From a bacterium UBP8_UBA817 (GTDB lineage: Bacteria > Margulisbacteria > Marinamargulisbacteria > SXXA01 > SICP01), in assembly GCA_945888435.1 (NCBI GenBank), contig CAMCZW010000005.1, positions 3,114 to 67,113 of the forward strand: 64,000 nucleotides of DNA, given 5' to 3'. The notes under the pieces were generated by a model. It saw nothing but the letters and a program-made list of their open reading frames with translations, was not told where the DNA came from and did no database searches. Shown here in pieces: positions 1 through 12,121 of this stretch; within the stretch, counting starts at the first letter, position 1, and each line of letters opens with the position of its first letter. A program made the translations under genes and the position numbers.

Positions 1-972
1 TCGTCGTTTTATGATTTGTGTAATGAGGCTTTGGCGAAACGTGGACGTGCGGTTTTTGGGTCAGTGCCGCCGGTGAGAGTGACGGTTCAAGGCGGAATTG
101 GGACTCATTTGGAGAACCAGTTTTTATTTGATTATTATGATGTTGATGGCACCGGCTGGGCAACTCCGTTTTTATTGGTACCGGAAGTGACAACTTTGGA
201 TTATCCGACGCGGCTTCGCTTGGCGAAAGCGACGCAGGATGATTTGTTTTTGAGCGAATTTTCTCCATTGGGTGTGCCGTTTAATTCGATGAGAGATACG
301 CCGAGTGAAGAACAAAAGAAAGAGCGTGTGGAGATTGGCCGACCTGGAAGTCCATGTCCTAAAGGGCATTTGGTGAGTAATCTTGAATTTACTAAAAAGC
401 CGATTTGTACAGCTGCGGTCACTTATCAAAAACGTAAAATTGAGCAATTGAATCAGTCTGGAGTTTCCGGCGCTGAGAGAGACGGTCAGTTTCATAAAAT
501 CGTGGTTAAATCCTGTCTGTGTGAAGATTTAGCAGCCGGTGCCTTGATTGAATACGGCATTACCAATAAACGACCCCTAAAGACCGCTGTATGCCCGGGG
601 CCTAATTTGGCTTACTTCTCCAAAATCAGCACATTGGCTGAGATGGCGGGTCATATTTATGGACGATTGAATTTATTGAATGATACTTATCGCCCCAATA
701 TGTTTATGAGCGAACTTAAAATGTATATTGATTATTTGGACAAGGAAATCCGTAAGGCACTCCCCCAGCCTAGCGATAAAGACATGACCTATTTTGAATT
801 TTTTAAGGCTAATCTGGCGGATGGAATTGCGTATTATCGAGATACGCTGATTCCTCAGCTTTTATGTGAGACTGACGAGTACCGTGCACGAATGCTTGAG
901 GAATTACTTGCGCTTAAAGGGCAGTTAGATCGCTTATTTGCCAAGCATGGCTTGGTTGGCATGGCTATTTAG
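1..972 (+). CDS. 5'-truncated FMN-dependent oxidoreductase-like protein (nitronate monooxygenase/FabK/FabX-like) with a Cys-rich C-terminal part
   Basis: Frame is open from base 1 (SSFYDLCNE...). VTVQGGIGT and GWATPFL resemble the FMN phosphate-binding segments of TIM-barrel flavoproteins. SPLGVPF, GSPCPKGHL, PICTA and KSCLCEDL form a Cys cluster. Family call is tentative. Confidence 0.5.
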   Translation, partial: SSFYDLCNEALAKRGRAVFGSVPPVRVTVQGGIGTHLENQFLFDYYDVDGTGWATPFLLVPEVTTLDYPTRLRLAKATQDDLFLSEFSPLGVPFNSMRDTPSEEQKKERVEIGRPGSPCPKGHLVSNLEFTKKPICTAAVTYQKRKIEQLNQSGVSGAERDGQFHKIVVKSCLCEDLAAGALIEYGITNKRPLKTAVCPGPNLAYFSKISTLAEMAGHIYGRLNLLNDTYRPNMFMSELKMYIDYLDKEIRKALPQPSDKDMTYFEFFKANLADGIAYYRDTLIPQLLCETDEYRARMLEELLALKGQLDRLFAKHGLVGMAI

Positions 973-2735
973 GCTTGATTGGTAGAGTTGCTCTCTGTCC
1001 CATCGTCGCCTCCTGATGTAGAATTCGCTTGAGCAGCTACTAGCTCTGTTGCTTTTAATAGATACTGGTTGAGTTTTATAAAATCTGAAATCTTATTTTT
1101 ATTAATAATTATTTCTAATAGCTTTCGATAATCTCTCTGAAATTCTTTTGAAAAGACTATTTTGAAAAACTCTTTATTAAATTCTCCCGGAATAGAATCA
1201 TCCTCAAATGAATCCTTCCATTTAGGATCCTCCACATAAAATATTGAAATAATGCCTTTTACTTGTTGCTTATTTGAAAAACATCCCTCTTCCTGCTCTT
1301 CAACAAGTGCTAATAAATCAGATAGAAATTTTTGTTGCTTATATTCTCCAATTCGGAACATTGGGACTAAAATCCGATCATCTCCGCTTAATGAAAGGTG
1401 ATAATGTACCCAGATTAAATCCATCCATGAGGCATCTCCACCTGATAAAAATATATTGGCTATTTCTTTATTTTCCGCTGTATCTGGAGTGCTTAGACTT
1501 GAAGAAACAATTGCAAATAATAATGCCATGAAACACTCTTTTGGCAGATTACATTGTAAAAAAAGAATAGGGTCTTCACTTTGAAAACTTTCAAGCCTAT
1601 AGTTCGATTTTTTGTCTTTGTGATTATCAAAATAAGGTTGATCTTCCTCGTACTCACTATCTAAATTTCCAATAGGCTCTAGATTGCTGGCTAGGACTTT
1701 TATATTGTCTTTTATTGTATGCTCTAAAAGACTTCTAAACATCGCTCTCTGCCCGCCTTCTGCGTGCACTGCGTTATACCAAACAACTGTATCTTTTAAT
1801 GCCTCTATAATTAGCTCCCAAGATTTAGGCACGCCATTTTTGAAAAGATCTTGCAAAATTGGATGATCATCCCAGTGCGCTTCTAAAATTCGAAGCATTT
1901 CTAATTTATTGGGGTGACCATTTGAAATCGGTATACCTGCCCCTAACGGATGTAGAGAGTAATTTAAAGCACTTGTAAATAATTCTTCTGTCTTTGTTAA
2001 ATATGGAGGTGAGACAGTATCGAACTTGCCACAGTCTGCACCCATAGCTAGGCAATGTGTTTCTTGTATTGATTTCACATCTTCTTCAGTGGGGTTTTCT
2101 TTTAAAAAAACTTTCACCTTATAACCACTCTTGTTTAATTTTTTAATATATTCCGATTGTATTGTAGTCACATCAGATAAAAACTTAACCCATACTGTAT
2201 TAATTTCTGCACCTGATTTTTTAAGACTCTCTAACACCGCCATCCCTGATGTGACATCTCCTAATCCATCCATGGCTGTTATGTAAATCGTTATTGGCAT
2301 TAGAAAGTCTGATTCACTCATTTTTTGTTGGCATTTCTGAAGAACCTTTGCCATTTTTTCTATACTAGTGGGTTCTCCTTCAGGGCGTGATTTTTGCCAA
2401 TTTGACAATTCGATTACTTTTTCCCGAGTATACTCATCTTTTTTATCGATAAATCTTGGTGAATTCTTATCTAATTCTTCTAAGAGTCTATATATTTCTA
2501 AACAATCCAAGAAAACTGCAAGTGCATGAATAGATTTGGGGTAATCGGTGAGAATGACTTCTAAGTTATCCATTATTTCTGAAAACCTACTAAAGAAGCC
2601 TTTGCAATTTTCATGCCCTTCTTCTAGCTCTTCCAGTTCATTAATAAGTTCAATAGTTTTCTTTACAAGACTGCGCTCATCAGGGGTAATTTCTAATTTC
2701 AATACTTGAGCTGAAATTGTTTTTTTAAAATCCAT
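969..2735 (-). CDS. Hypothetical AT-rich orphan protein with possible GT-B/EarP-like motifs
   Basis: 588-aa ORF, visibly more AT-rich than its neighbours; its stop overlaps the stop of the convergent gene. Motifs ITAMDGLGDV, LPKECFMALL and FLSGGDASW. Confidence 0.7.
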   Translation of the reverse strand: MDFKKTISAQVLKLEITPDERSLVKKTIELINELEELEEGHENCKGFFSRFSEIMDNLEVILTDYPKSIHALAVFLDCLEIYRLLEELDKNSPRFIDKKDEYTREKVIELSNWQKSRPEGEPTSIEKMAKVLQKCQQKMSESDFLMPITIYITAMDGLGDVTSGMAVLESLKKSGAEINTVWVKFLSDVTTIQSEYIKKLNKSGYKVKVFLKENPTEEDVKSIQETHCLAMGADCGKFDTVSPPYLTKTEELFTSALNYSLHPLGAGIPISNGHPNKLEMLRILEAHWDDHPILQDLFKNGVPKSWELIIEALKDTVVWYNAVHAEGGQRAMFRSLLEHTIKDNIKVLASNLEPIGNLDSEYEEDQPYFDNHKDKKSNYRLESFQSEDPILFLQCNLPKECFMALLFAIVSSSLSTPDTAENKEIANIFLSGGDASWMDLIWVHYHLSLSGDDRILVPMFRIGEYKQQKFLSDLLALVEEQEEGCFSNKQQVKGIISIFYVEDPKWKDSFEDDSIPGEFNKEFFKIVFSKEFQRDYRKLLEIIINKNKISDFIKLNQYLLKATELVAAQANSTSGGDDGTESNSTNQA

Positions 2736-2814
2736 TTATGAATACCCTTATACAAATTATTATTTGAAGGTTATCGTTTTTTTTTGGATTTTAATTTCTG
2801 AGAATAGACTTGGG

Positions 2815-2832
2815 ATCCCCACAGGTGGGGAT
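2815..2832. terminator. Short hairpin downstream of thiC (possible terminator or REP-like unit)
   Basis: ATCCCCAC-AG-GTGGGGAT inverted repeat about 25 bp after the thiC stop; no clear U-tract. Confidence 0.3.
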
Positions 2833-2858
2833 AGTGATACCAATCTTAAAAGAAAAGA

Positions 2859-4946
<2,088 letters not shown>

Positions 4947-4950
<4 letters not shown>

Positions 4951-5228
4951 TCTCTGCTGTCCTGGTCCTTAGAATAGTGGACTTCGAGATAGTTCGCAAA
5001 TGCAATTGTAGTAAAGAAACCGATTATCGAAACGGCTAGGATGAAGTCTGTATAGTAGGCACTTTTCCATTGGATGATGAGGCAGGCTAAAATCCCGATG
5101 ATGCATACGGTAATGGCGTCGATGCAGAGAACTCGGTCCAGTGCGGTTGGGCCTTCGATCATCCGGTAGAGCGATAGAAGGAGTGAGAAAAGTAATACTG
5201 CGATGCATCCGTCTAATATCCACTGCAT
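4947..5228 (-). CDS. mrpF: Mrp antiporter subunit F
   Basis: RMIEGPTALDRVLCID motif; three hydrophobic helices. Confidence 0.92.
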
Positions 5229-5232
5229 TTTG

Positions 5233-5709
5233 TTACCTCGTAAACCTTAAAATATGGCGGGTTAAATCTTGAGCAATGGACTGCTCGACTTGCTCTTTGG
5301 TATGTCCGTCGAAAGCGTGGATGAGGAGTTTTCCTTCGGGTTTGAGGATGTCGATGGTGATGGTTCCGGGGGTTAGGGTGATGCTATGGGTGAGGATTAG
5401 GATTTCGATATCGCTTAAACCTTGGATGTCAATTTCAACCAGGTTGGGTTCTATTTTGTTATTTGGTGTGATGAGAATGTGAGTGAGCATGGTGATATTG
5501 GCGATGATCAACGCTTTGGAAAAATAATAGAGATAAGCCAAAAATCCGAGGATTCTACGCGAATAGCTTGGGGGTTGGAAAAATCCTTCTAATAGTGAAA
5601 TCAGGGTAAATCCGAGGATGAGGCCGATGATGAAAGTGACGCCGTTTTGAGTGGCGGATATCCCGAGCCATGCCGCTGCAATGCTGATATTGAGGAGGAG
5701 TAATTTCAT
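5233..5709 (-). CDS. mrpE: Mrp antiporter subunit E
   Basis: SITLTPGTITID and LLIHAFD motifs. Confidence 0.92.
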   Translation of the reverse strand: MKLLLLNISIAAAWLGISATQNGVTFIIGLILGFTLISLLEGFFQPPSYSRRILGFLAYLYYFSKALIIANITMLTHILITPNNKIEPNLVEIDIQGLSDIEILILTHSITLTPGTITIDILKPEGKLLIHAFDGHTKEQVEQSIAQDLTRHILRFTR

Positions 5710-7298
5710 CCTTGATGCTCCTCGATTTCCTGGATTTCGATAGGTTCGGGGGAGATTTGAATTGGAGATTCTATGATTTTAGGGGTGTGGTAATGGGGAG
5801 TACGAATAGATCGGTATTCCATGACTTTTTTAGTGTATTCAAATTGATTGAATAGAGATTGAGAAGTACGGCGTGCAGTTTTGATGACGGAGTTAGGCGA
5901 AAGTCCGATGAGGAGGGAGAGGAGGACTAGACTTAGGGTGATGGCGACCATGTCTTTTGAGATGATGTGGTTGGACGAATCTGTTGTGGTGGTGGCTGAG
6001 CTGGTCCAAAATCCGGTGGTGATAATTCTTAGTAAACTCCACAGGCTTAGGACGCTGGTGATCACTATGATTGCAACGAATACCCCTGCCCCGATGCCCA
6101 AGGCTTCGCTAATGAGCATCCATTTTCCCCAAAATCCGCTGAGGGGTGGAATGCCTGCGAGTGAGAGCGCCTGGATTAAAAATAAAAAAGAGAGAATGGG
6201 AGATTGTTTCCAGATATTTCCTAGTTTTTTGAGATCTCCAGATCCGGCTCTGGCTTCGATGAGGCCTGCTAATAAAAATAAGCTTGCGATGACCAGGACA
6301 TGATGAATGATGTAGTAGATGAGGGCGGCGATGCTTTCCTGTGTAAACAATCCGATGGCGACCATCATGATGCCAATATGGCTGATGAGATTGAAGCTAA
6401 GGATTTCTCGGATGGATTGACGCTCAAGTGCGCCAACCGCACCTAGAATCATCGTTGGAATGGCGAGTAATAGGATAATCGAATAGACACCCCATAGCTG
6501 GTGAGGAAGCATGGTGCCGAAAATGCGAAGTAATGCATAAATACCGACTTTGGTGAGAAGTGCTGCGAAGAGGGCTCCGACTGGTGCTGGGAGTTTTGGG
6601 TAGCTATTGGGCAGCCAATAATAGAGTGGAAAAAAGCCGGCTTTCATTCCAAAAACCAGTGTGAATAAGACTGCGATCACGACGATTCTAGGGTCCGTCA
6701 TGATGAGCGTAGAAGAAATGGCGATATCGGCAAAATTGAGGGAGCCAAATAAGGAATAAGTGAGTCCCGCTGCACATAAAAATAGCGCGCTCCCGATGAT
6801 GTTGATGGCTAGGTAGGGATAGGCGTGGCTGATTTCTTTTCGGTCGATTTCTAGTGTTAATAGCGCATATGAGGCGATGAGCATGATTTCGAAGGCGACG
6901 AAAAGGTTGAATAAATCGCCGGTGACAAAAGAGAGCGTGATGCCCGCTATGCAAAAAAAGATGAGGGGGAGACGTAAGGGGTGTTCTTGCTTTTCAGTTT
7001 TTTCGGTGATGCTGTAGTGGATGACAGCGACGCTTACGATGCTTGTGAGTAAGACCATAATCGCACTTAGGGAATCAACGGTGAGCATAATCCCAAAGGG
7101 GGCCGCCCACCCGCCCATTGGCATGATGAGAATCTGATGAGTTTGGATGGCGAGCATCATCATGACGGTGATGGCCACTTGGACGACGGATGATGCACTG
7201 GCAATGAGGCGTCGCGTTTTGACCTCTGAAAACAGAAGAATCATGGCGGCGGTAATCATCGGAAATATGACTGGTAATACGGGGAGACTACTGATCAT
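5706..7298 (-). CDS. mrpD: Mrp antiporter subunit D
   Basis: GGWAAPFGI, TGDLFNLFVAFEIMLIASY, KAGFFPLYYWLP, LTKVGIYA, LAGIPPLSGFWGK. Confidence 0.95.
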   Translation of the reverse strand: MISSLPVLPVIFPMITAAMILLFSEVKTRRLIASASSVVQVAITVMMMLAIQTHQILIMPMGGWAAPFGIMLTVDSLSAIMVLLTSIVSVAVIHYSITEKTEKQEHPLRLPLIFFCIAGITLSFVTGDLFNLFVAFEIMLIASYALLTLEIDRKEISHAYPYLAINIIGSALFLCAAGLTYSLFGSLNFADIAISSTLIMTDPRIVVIAVLFTLVFGMKAGFFPLYYWLPNSYPKLPAPVGALFAALLTKVGIYALLRIFGTMLPHQLWGVYSIILLLAIPTMILGAVGALERQSIREILSFNLISHIGIMMVAIGLFTQESIAALIYYIIHHVLVIASLFLLAGLIEARAGSGDLKKLGNIWKQSPILSFLFLIQALSLAGIPPLSGFWGKWMLISEALGIGAGVFVAIIVITSVLSLWSLLRIITTGFWTSSATTTTDSSNHIISKDMVAITLSLVLLSLLIGLSPNSVIKTARRTSQSLFNQFEYTKKVMEYRSIRTPHYHTPKIIESPIQISPEPIEIQEIEEHQG

Positions 7299-7596
7299 GA
7301 GCGTCCTTTAGTATGCGATATACCAATGTAATCATATAGGCGGTTACCCCAAATCCAATCACAATGGCGGTGAGGATAAGGGCTTGCGGAAGAGGATCGA
7401 CGCTCACGAGATTACCTGGTGTGATGATGGGAGCGGATTTACCTAATGGGCTTTTGGACATACTTAGGATGAATAAATTAACGGCATGTGTGAGTAGGCC
7501 AAATCCGAAGACAAGCTTGATGAAACTTCTTTGTAAAATGAGGTAAATGGCGCACCCAAATAGAAGTCCGACTAGGATTGCGGTGATGGTATGCAT
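7288..7596 (-). CDS. mrpC: Mrp antiporter subunit C
   Basis: DPLPQALILTAIVIGFG signature. Confidence 0.95.
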   Translation of the reverse strand: MHTITAILVGLLFGCAIYLILQRSFIKLVFGFGLLTHAVNLFILSMSKSPLGKSAPIITPGNLVSVDPLPQALILTAIVIGFGVTAYMITLVYRILKDAHDQ

Positions 7597-7979
7597 TATT
7601 TGGTTTCCTCGATCATCATGATGATTTTGGAGATGACTCCGACGACGACTAAGTAGACTCCGAAATCAAAGACCATGGGGCTCCACTCAGTATGAAACAT
7701 GAAGGGGAGGTCAAAAAATAATGGGGTTATGCAGATGCCATAGGCGATTAAAAGGCCGGATATGGCCAGTATTATTGGATTAAATTTGATGAGTGCTTTT
7801 GTGTAATTTATTCCATAAACGATGACTAACATAATGAGAGAAACCGCAGAAATTGTTCCTGCAATAAATCCACCTCCGGGCTCATTGTGACCCTTTAAAA
7901 AAATCGCAATGGCGACGATATTGAGTAATATCACGATGTATTTGGTGGTGGCGGTGACAATCAATGACTTTATTTTCAT
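7596..7979 (-). CDS. mrpB: Mrp antiporter subunit B
   Basis: GHNEPGGGFIAG and FDFGVYLVVVG. Start placed at the ATG overlapping the mrpA stop (ATGA), after a GGGGGAG SD. Confidence 0.92.
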   Translation of the reverse strand: MKIKSLIVTATTKYIVILLNIVAIAIFLKGHNEPGGGFIAGTISAVSLIMLVIVYGINYTKALIKFNPIILAISGLLIAYGICITPLFFDLPFMFHTEWSPMVFDFGVYLVVVGVISKIIMMIEETK

Positions 7980-10315
7980 TGGTTGATACTCCCCCCTTTT
8001 TTCCAAAGTAATCCGATGACACCAATAGCGGCAATAACTAAGACTGAAATTTCTCCCATAGTATCAAAGCCTCTAAAATCAACCAGGATGGTATTCACCG
8101 CGTTACTTCCACCGGCCAATGGAACTGTGGCCTCGATGAAATAACCAGAAATCGAATCGAGAACCTGATTGTTGGTCATGAGAAGTATTAGGCTGGTGGC
8201 GATGACTCCAATGGTGGATGCGATTGTGATATTGGCGGTTTTCCTGAGTGTCCCGTCTACTTTTTGAGAGGTGTCTTCTTTGGGTAGTCTGATGAGTAAG
8301 AGGACCATAAGGACAACTCCAATGGCTTCAATCATGAGATTGGTAAGTGCTAAATCAGGAGCATGGTAGAGCAGGAAATAAAAACTGATTAAGGCCCCCA
8401 CTACGGATATCGCAATGAGTTTATTAATATTAGTTTTCGCAATGAGAGTCGCAATCGCCGCCCCACCGATGAGGATGGCGGTTAAGCTGCCAAGAGTATT
8501 AGTGTCATCCATTTTAAAGAGAAATGGGAGAATTAACTCTGGAAATAATGGCAAGAGAATGAGTAAGAGTAATCCCGCGATAAATCCTAAAATAATCATG
8601 AGATAGTCCGGTGAATGATCGGTTTTGACGCCGGCGGTAATTGCGGTTGATATTTTTTGGATTGTGTTTAGAAGGTGATCAAATTTAGTTTCTAATTTGG
8701 CCGTTTCTGGGAGTGTGCAGTCTACCCATTTGCGTTTGTAGAGGACCCATGAAATCCCAGCACCAACGGTGAGAATGCCGCCGCTTAATATTAATGGATT
8801 GGTAATACCCTGCCAGATGCTTAATGAGGCTGGACTTGGGTAATGGAGGCCTGCCACACGCAGATAATCACACCAAAAGACAGCATCTTGTGGGAATAGC
8901 CCAAATATTAATGAAAATGAGGCCGCAATAATAATTGGCAGTTGAATGCCCATTGAAGGCGGGTCGATATGTTCTTCAGACAACCCTTTGAGATTACCAA
9001 AAAATAGAGTTAGAAACCTAATGCCGGCGATGACTAATCCAATTGCGGCAACCAGCATGGCCGCTAAGATGATGCCATTTTCTTTTTGCGTGGGGATGGT
9101 GAGGATGGTGTGGAGCAGAAGTTCTTTGCTGATAAATCCTGTAGTCCCTGGAAATCCAATCATGGCACCAACGGAGATGACGGCTGCGATCCCTGCAATG
9201 GGGGCAAATTTGAATAGACCTCCCATTTTTCTAAGATCCTGGGTATCGAATGTGTGGATGGCGACTCCGGCGGCCATAAAGAGTGCGCCTTTGTAAAAAA
9301 TATGATTGAGGATTTGATAAAAATCATGTTCAACCCCATAGGTGGTGCCTAGGCCATAGCTCATGACTAACGCGCCTAATTGGCTGACGGTTGAGTAGGC
9401 TAAAAGTTCTTTAATGTCATGGGTCATGACGGCGTATACTGCGCCGATGACCATGGTAATGACTCCGATGGTAATGAGGATGGGGGCCCATAAACTGTTT
9501 CCACCAAAAATTGGATAAAATCTGGCAATTAAAAAAATCCCCAGTTTGACCATCGCTGCAGAATGGAGATAGGCGCTCACTGGCGTAGGCGCTGACATTG
9601 CTTTTGGGAGCCAAAAATAAAAAGGGAATTGGGCAGATTTACCAAATGCGCCAATTAAAATCAGAACCATGATGGTCGTTAAATAGGGCTGAATTTGGGT
9701 AAGAGTTGGGGCTAAAATCAATACCTCTGATAATTCGCTAGTCCCTGTGAGTATGGATAATAAAATTAATCCGACCAGCATGCATAAGCCTGTGAATCCT
9801 GTAGTGATTAGTGTAGCAAGTGCCCCTTTTTGCGATCCTTCTTTTGATGATTTAAATCCGATGAGTAAAAAGGACGCGATGGCCGTGAGCTCCCAAAACA
9901 CAATCAGTAAGCCGATATTATTGGAGAGAACGGTGCCCAGCATGGCGGTAATAAAAAAGAGTAAGTAGGCATAAAATCGACTATTTTTTGGGGATGATTT
10001 TGGGAGATAGTAGTGAGAATAGGCGCATACCAATGCCCCCATCATACAAGTGGTGATACTAAAAAAGAGCGAAATCCCATCGATTAAAAACGAAAAATGA
10101 ATCCCTAATTCGGGTATCCAATTTACAAAGTTAACTTGAGGAATCCCGACTTTGTTTGCAATCGATAAGATGATGCCTAGTGATGCCAACGGCGCCATCA
10201 TTGCAAGGAGGCCAGCGTATTTTTTGATTGATTTTGATGGGATGAAAAAGAAAGGAATGAGAAGGGTCGGAAGTAGTATCCCCAAGAGGAGAGCGTATTT
10301 GGAGATGATCCCCAT
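7976..10315 (-). CDS. mrpA: Mrp antiporter subunit A (group 1, MrpA and MrpB separate)
   Basis: FWELTAIASFLLIG, KSAQFPFYFWLPKAMSAPTPVSAYLHSAAMVK, NAVNTILVDFRGFDTMGE. Start placed at the ATG overlapping the lptF stop (TAATG). Confidence 0.95.
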   Translation of the reverse strand: MGIISKYALLLGILLPTLLIPFFFIPSKSIKKYAGLLAMMAPLASLGIILSIANKVGIPQVNFVNWIPELGIHFSFLIDGISLFFSITTCMMGALVCAYSHYYLPKSSPKNSRFYAYLLFFITAMLGTVLSNNIGLLIVFWELTAIASFLLIGFKSSKEGSQKGALATLITTGFTGLCMLVGLILLSILTGTSELSEVLILAPTLTQIQPYLTTIMVLILIGAFGKSAQFPFYFWLPKAMSAPTPVSAYLHSAAMVKLGIFLIARFYPIFGGNSLWAPILITIGVITMVIGAVYAVMTHDIKELLAYSTVSQLGALVMSYGLGTTYGVEHDFYQILNHIFYKGALFMAAGVAIHTFDTQDLRKMGGLFKFAPIAGIAAVISVGAMIGFPGTTGFISKELLLHTILTIPTQKENGIILAAMLVAAIGLVIAGIRFLTLFFGNLKGLSEEHIDPPSMGIQLPIIIAASFSLIFGLFPQDAVFWCDYLRVAGLHYPSPASLSIWQGITNPLILSGGILTVGAGISWVLYKRKWVDCTLPETAKLETKFDHLLNTIQKISTAITAGVKTDHSPDYLMIILGFIAGLLLLILLPLFPELILPFLFKMDDTNTLGSLTAILIGGAAIATLIAKTNINKLIAISVVGALISFYFLLYHAPDLALTNLMIEAIGVVLMVLLLIRLPKEDTSQKVDGTLRKTANITIASTIGVIATSLILLMTNNQVLDSISGYFIEATVPLAGGSNAVNTILVDFRGFDTMGEISVLVIAAIGVIGLLWKKGGSINQ

Positions 10316-11403
10316 TATTGAGAGGAGACCCTTTTTAAGAGGAGTATTGCCGCAATTGCGATGACAAAATTGGGCATCCATGCGGCGATAATTGGAGGCA
10401 CTGCATGGGAAATCCCTAATCCGACTCCAAGTAATACATAGTATAAAATGACAATGACTAAACTAATACCAAGGCCAATGGCAGAGGTACTGCGATGAGG
10501 CCTAAGTCCAATGGACGCCCCTAAAATTGCAAAGATTAAACTTGCAAATGGTACGGCGAACTTTAGATAAAATCGGACGAGATCATCGTCATATTTTTGG
10601 CCTGTTCTTTTTTTGAGCGTAATTCTAGCTTTAAGTTCTTTGGCATTCATTTCTTCGATTGCTTTGTCGCGATTGGTGATGTCGAGTGGGTTAATATTGA
10701 TGTTGATGACTTCTTTTTCAAAGTCCATGACGATGGCTTTTCTGCGGTCGGTGAGGGTGAAGTTATGCATGGTTCCTTTGTAAAACTCCCAGGCCCCATC
10801 ATCTCTCCATCTTCCTTCGGATGCTTTGATAGCTCGGATTAGTTCGCCCTTTTCATATTCTAGGACGGTGGCTTGCTTGAGTAAGCCCTTATCCACTTCG
10901 ACGATATTAATAATTCTGGAGGGTTTTCCTTCGCTATCATATTCGGTTAAATTAATATTTTGCTTAATTGTTGGACGGTCTTGATTTTTAATAACGGTCA
11001 TCAGGTTTTTTGCAGAATTGGTGGCTTGTGGGACAACCGATTCATTAAACCAAATTGTCATTAAACTTACGAAAAGTCCGACGGCGAATACAGGGACGAC
11101 TAGCCTAAAAAAGTTCACACCGGCGGCTCTGAAAGCGATAATTTCTAAATCACTATTCATCCGGCCAAATACCAATAGTGTGGCCAGCAACATTGACATT
11201 GGGAAGGTAAAAACCATAATTCCAGGTAGTTGATAGATAAATAGCTGCATGACTTGCGCCATCGGAATCGCGAATTTAGCAGCCTCATGCATAAGTGGAA
11301 TTAAGACTGTACTCCCCGCCAAAATCGCTGAAAACGTGATAATCCCAAACACAAATGGGCTTAATAATTCTTTAACAATATAGCGGTCTACAATTTTAAT
11401 CAT
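10315..11403 (-). CDS. lptF: LPS export ABC permease LptF/LptG family
   Basis: KIVDRYIVKE, PMSMLLATL, RMNSDLEIIAFRAAGV, AAWMPN; directly follows lptB. Confidence 0.9.
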   Translation of the reverse strand: MIKIVDRYIVKELLSPFVFGIITFSAILAGSTVLIPLMHEAAKFAIPMAQVMQLFIYQLPGIMVFTFPMSMLLATLLVFGRMNSDLEIIAFRAAGVNFFRLVVPVFAVGLFVSLMTIWFNESVVPQATNSAKNLMTVIKNQDRPTIKQNINLTEYDSEGKPSRIINIVEVDKGLLKQATVLEYEKGELIRAIKASEGRWRDDGAWEFYKGTMHNFTLTDRRKAIVMDFEKEVINININPLDITNRDKAIEEMNAKELKARITLKKRTGQKYDDDLVRFYLKFAVPFASLIFAILGASIGLRPHRSTSAIGLGISLVIVILYYVLLGVGLGISHAVPPIIAAWMPNFVIAIAAILLLKRVSSQ

Positions 11404-12121
11404 TGAGCTTAAAGTCTTCGCCTAAATAAAATTGTTTTGCTTTTGGATCGTTGGCAATATCATGGGAATTTCCAGACATGAGCAATTTGCCTTGGTGCAT
11501 CAGATAGGCACGATCTGTAATGGATAGCGTTTCTCGGACATTGTGATCGGTAATGATAATCCCCAAGCCTTTGCGTTTTAATGCTCGGACAATGTCTTGG
11601 ATTTCTCTGATGGCAATTGGATCAATCCCTGCGAAGGGTTCGTCGAGAAGGATGAAGGATGGGTTGGTGGCCAAGGCTCTAACGATTTCAACACGCCGTT
11701 TTTCACCACCGGAGAGTTCAACGCCTCTCGCATGGCGTAAGTGGAGCAAGCCCATTTCGCCTAGTAATTCTTCTAGCCGGCTTTGGTATTTTGCGGGGGG
11801 AACATTTCCTAGCAATTCCCAAAGTGCGACGATATTTTGCTCTACAGTTAATTTTTTAAATATTGAGGATTCTTGAGGGAGATAGCCTAACCCTAAACGG
11901 GCACGTTTATACATTGGGAAATTGGTAATGTCCTGATCCCCAATCATGACTTTGCCTGCATCCGGTTTAACCAGACCGATAATCATATAAAATGAAGTCG
12001 TTTTTCCTGCACCGTTTGGCCCGAGCAATCCAACAATTTCTCCAGGTTCCATGGTTAAGCTGACTTCATCAACCACTCGGCGGCCGCCATATGATTTTAC
12101 TAATTTGGTTGTTTTAATCAT
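11396..12121 (-). CDS. lptB: LPS export ABC ATPase LptB
   Basis: GPNGAGKTTSFYMI, YLPQESSIF, LSGGEKRRVEI, DEPFAGIDP, TDHNVRETL, YLGEDF. Confidence 0.97.
   Translation of the reverse strand: MIKTTKLVKSYGGRRVVDEVSLTMEPGEIVGLLGPNGAGKTTSFYMIIGLVKPDAGKVMIGDQDITNFPMYKRARLGLGYLPQESSIFKKLTVEQNIVALWELLGNVPPAKYQSRLEELLGEMGLLHLRHARGVELSGGEKRRVEIVRALATNPSFILLDEPFAGIDPIAIREIQDIVRALKRKGLGIIITDHNVRETLSITDRAYLMHQGKLLMSGNSHDIANDPKAKQFYLGEDFKLND

Noticed and set aside
10316-10381. Longer mrpA N-terminus from the ORF track
   Set aside because: Overlaps the lptF 3' end; ATG 10315 gives a TAATG coupling.
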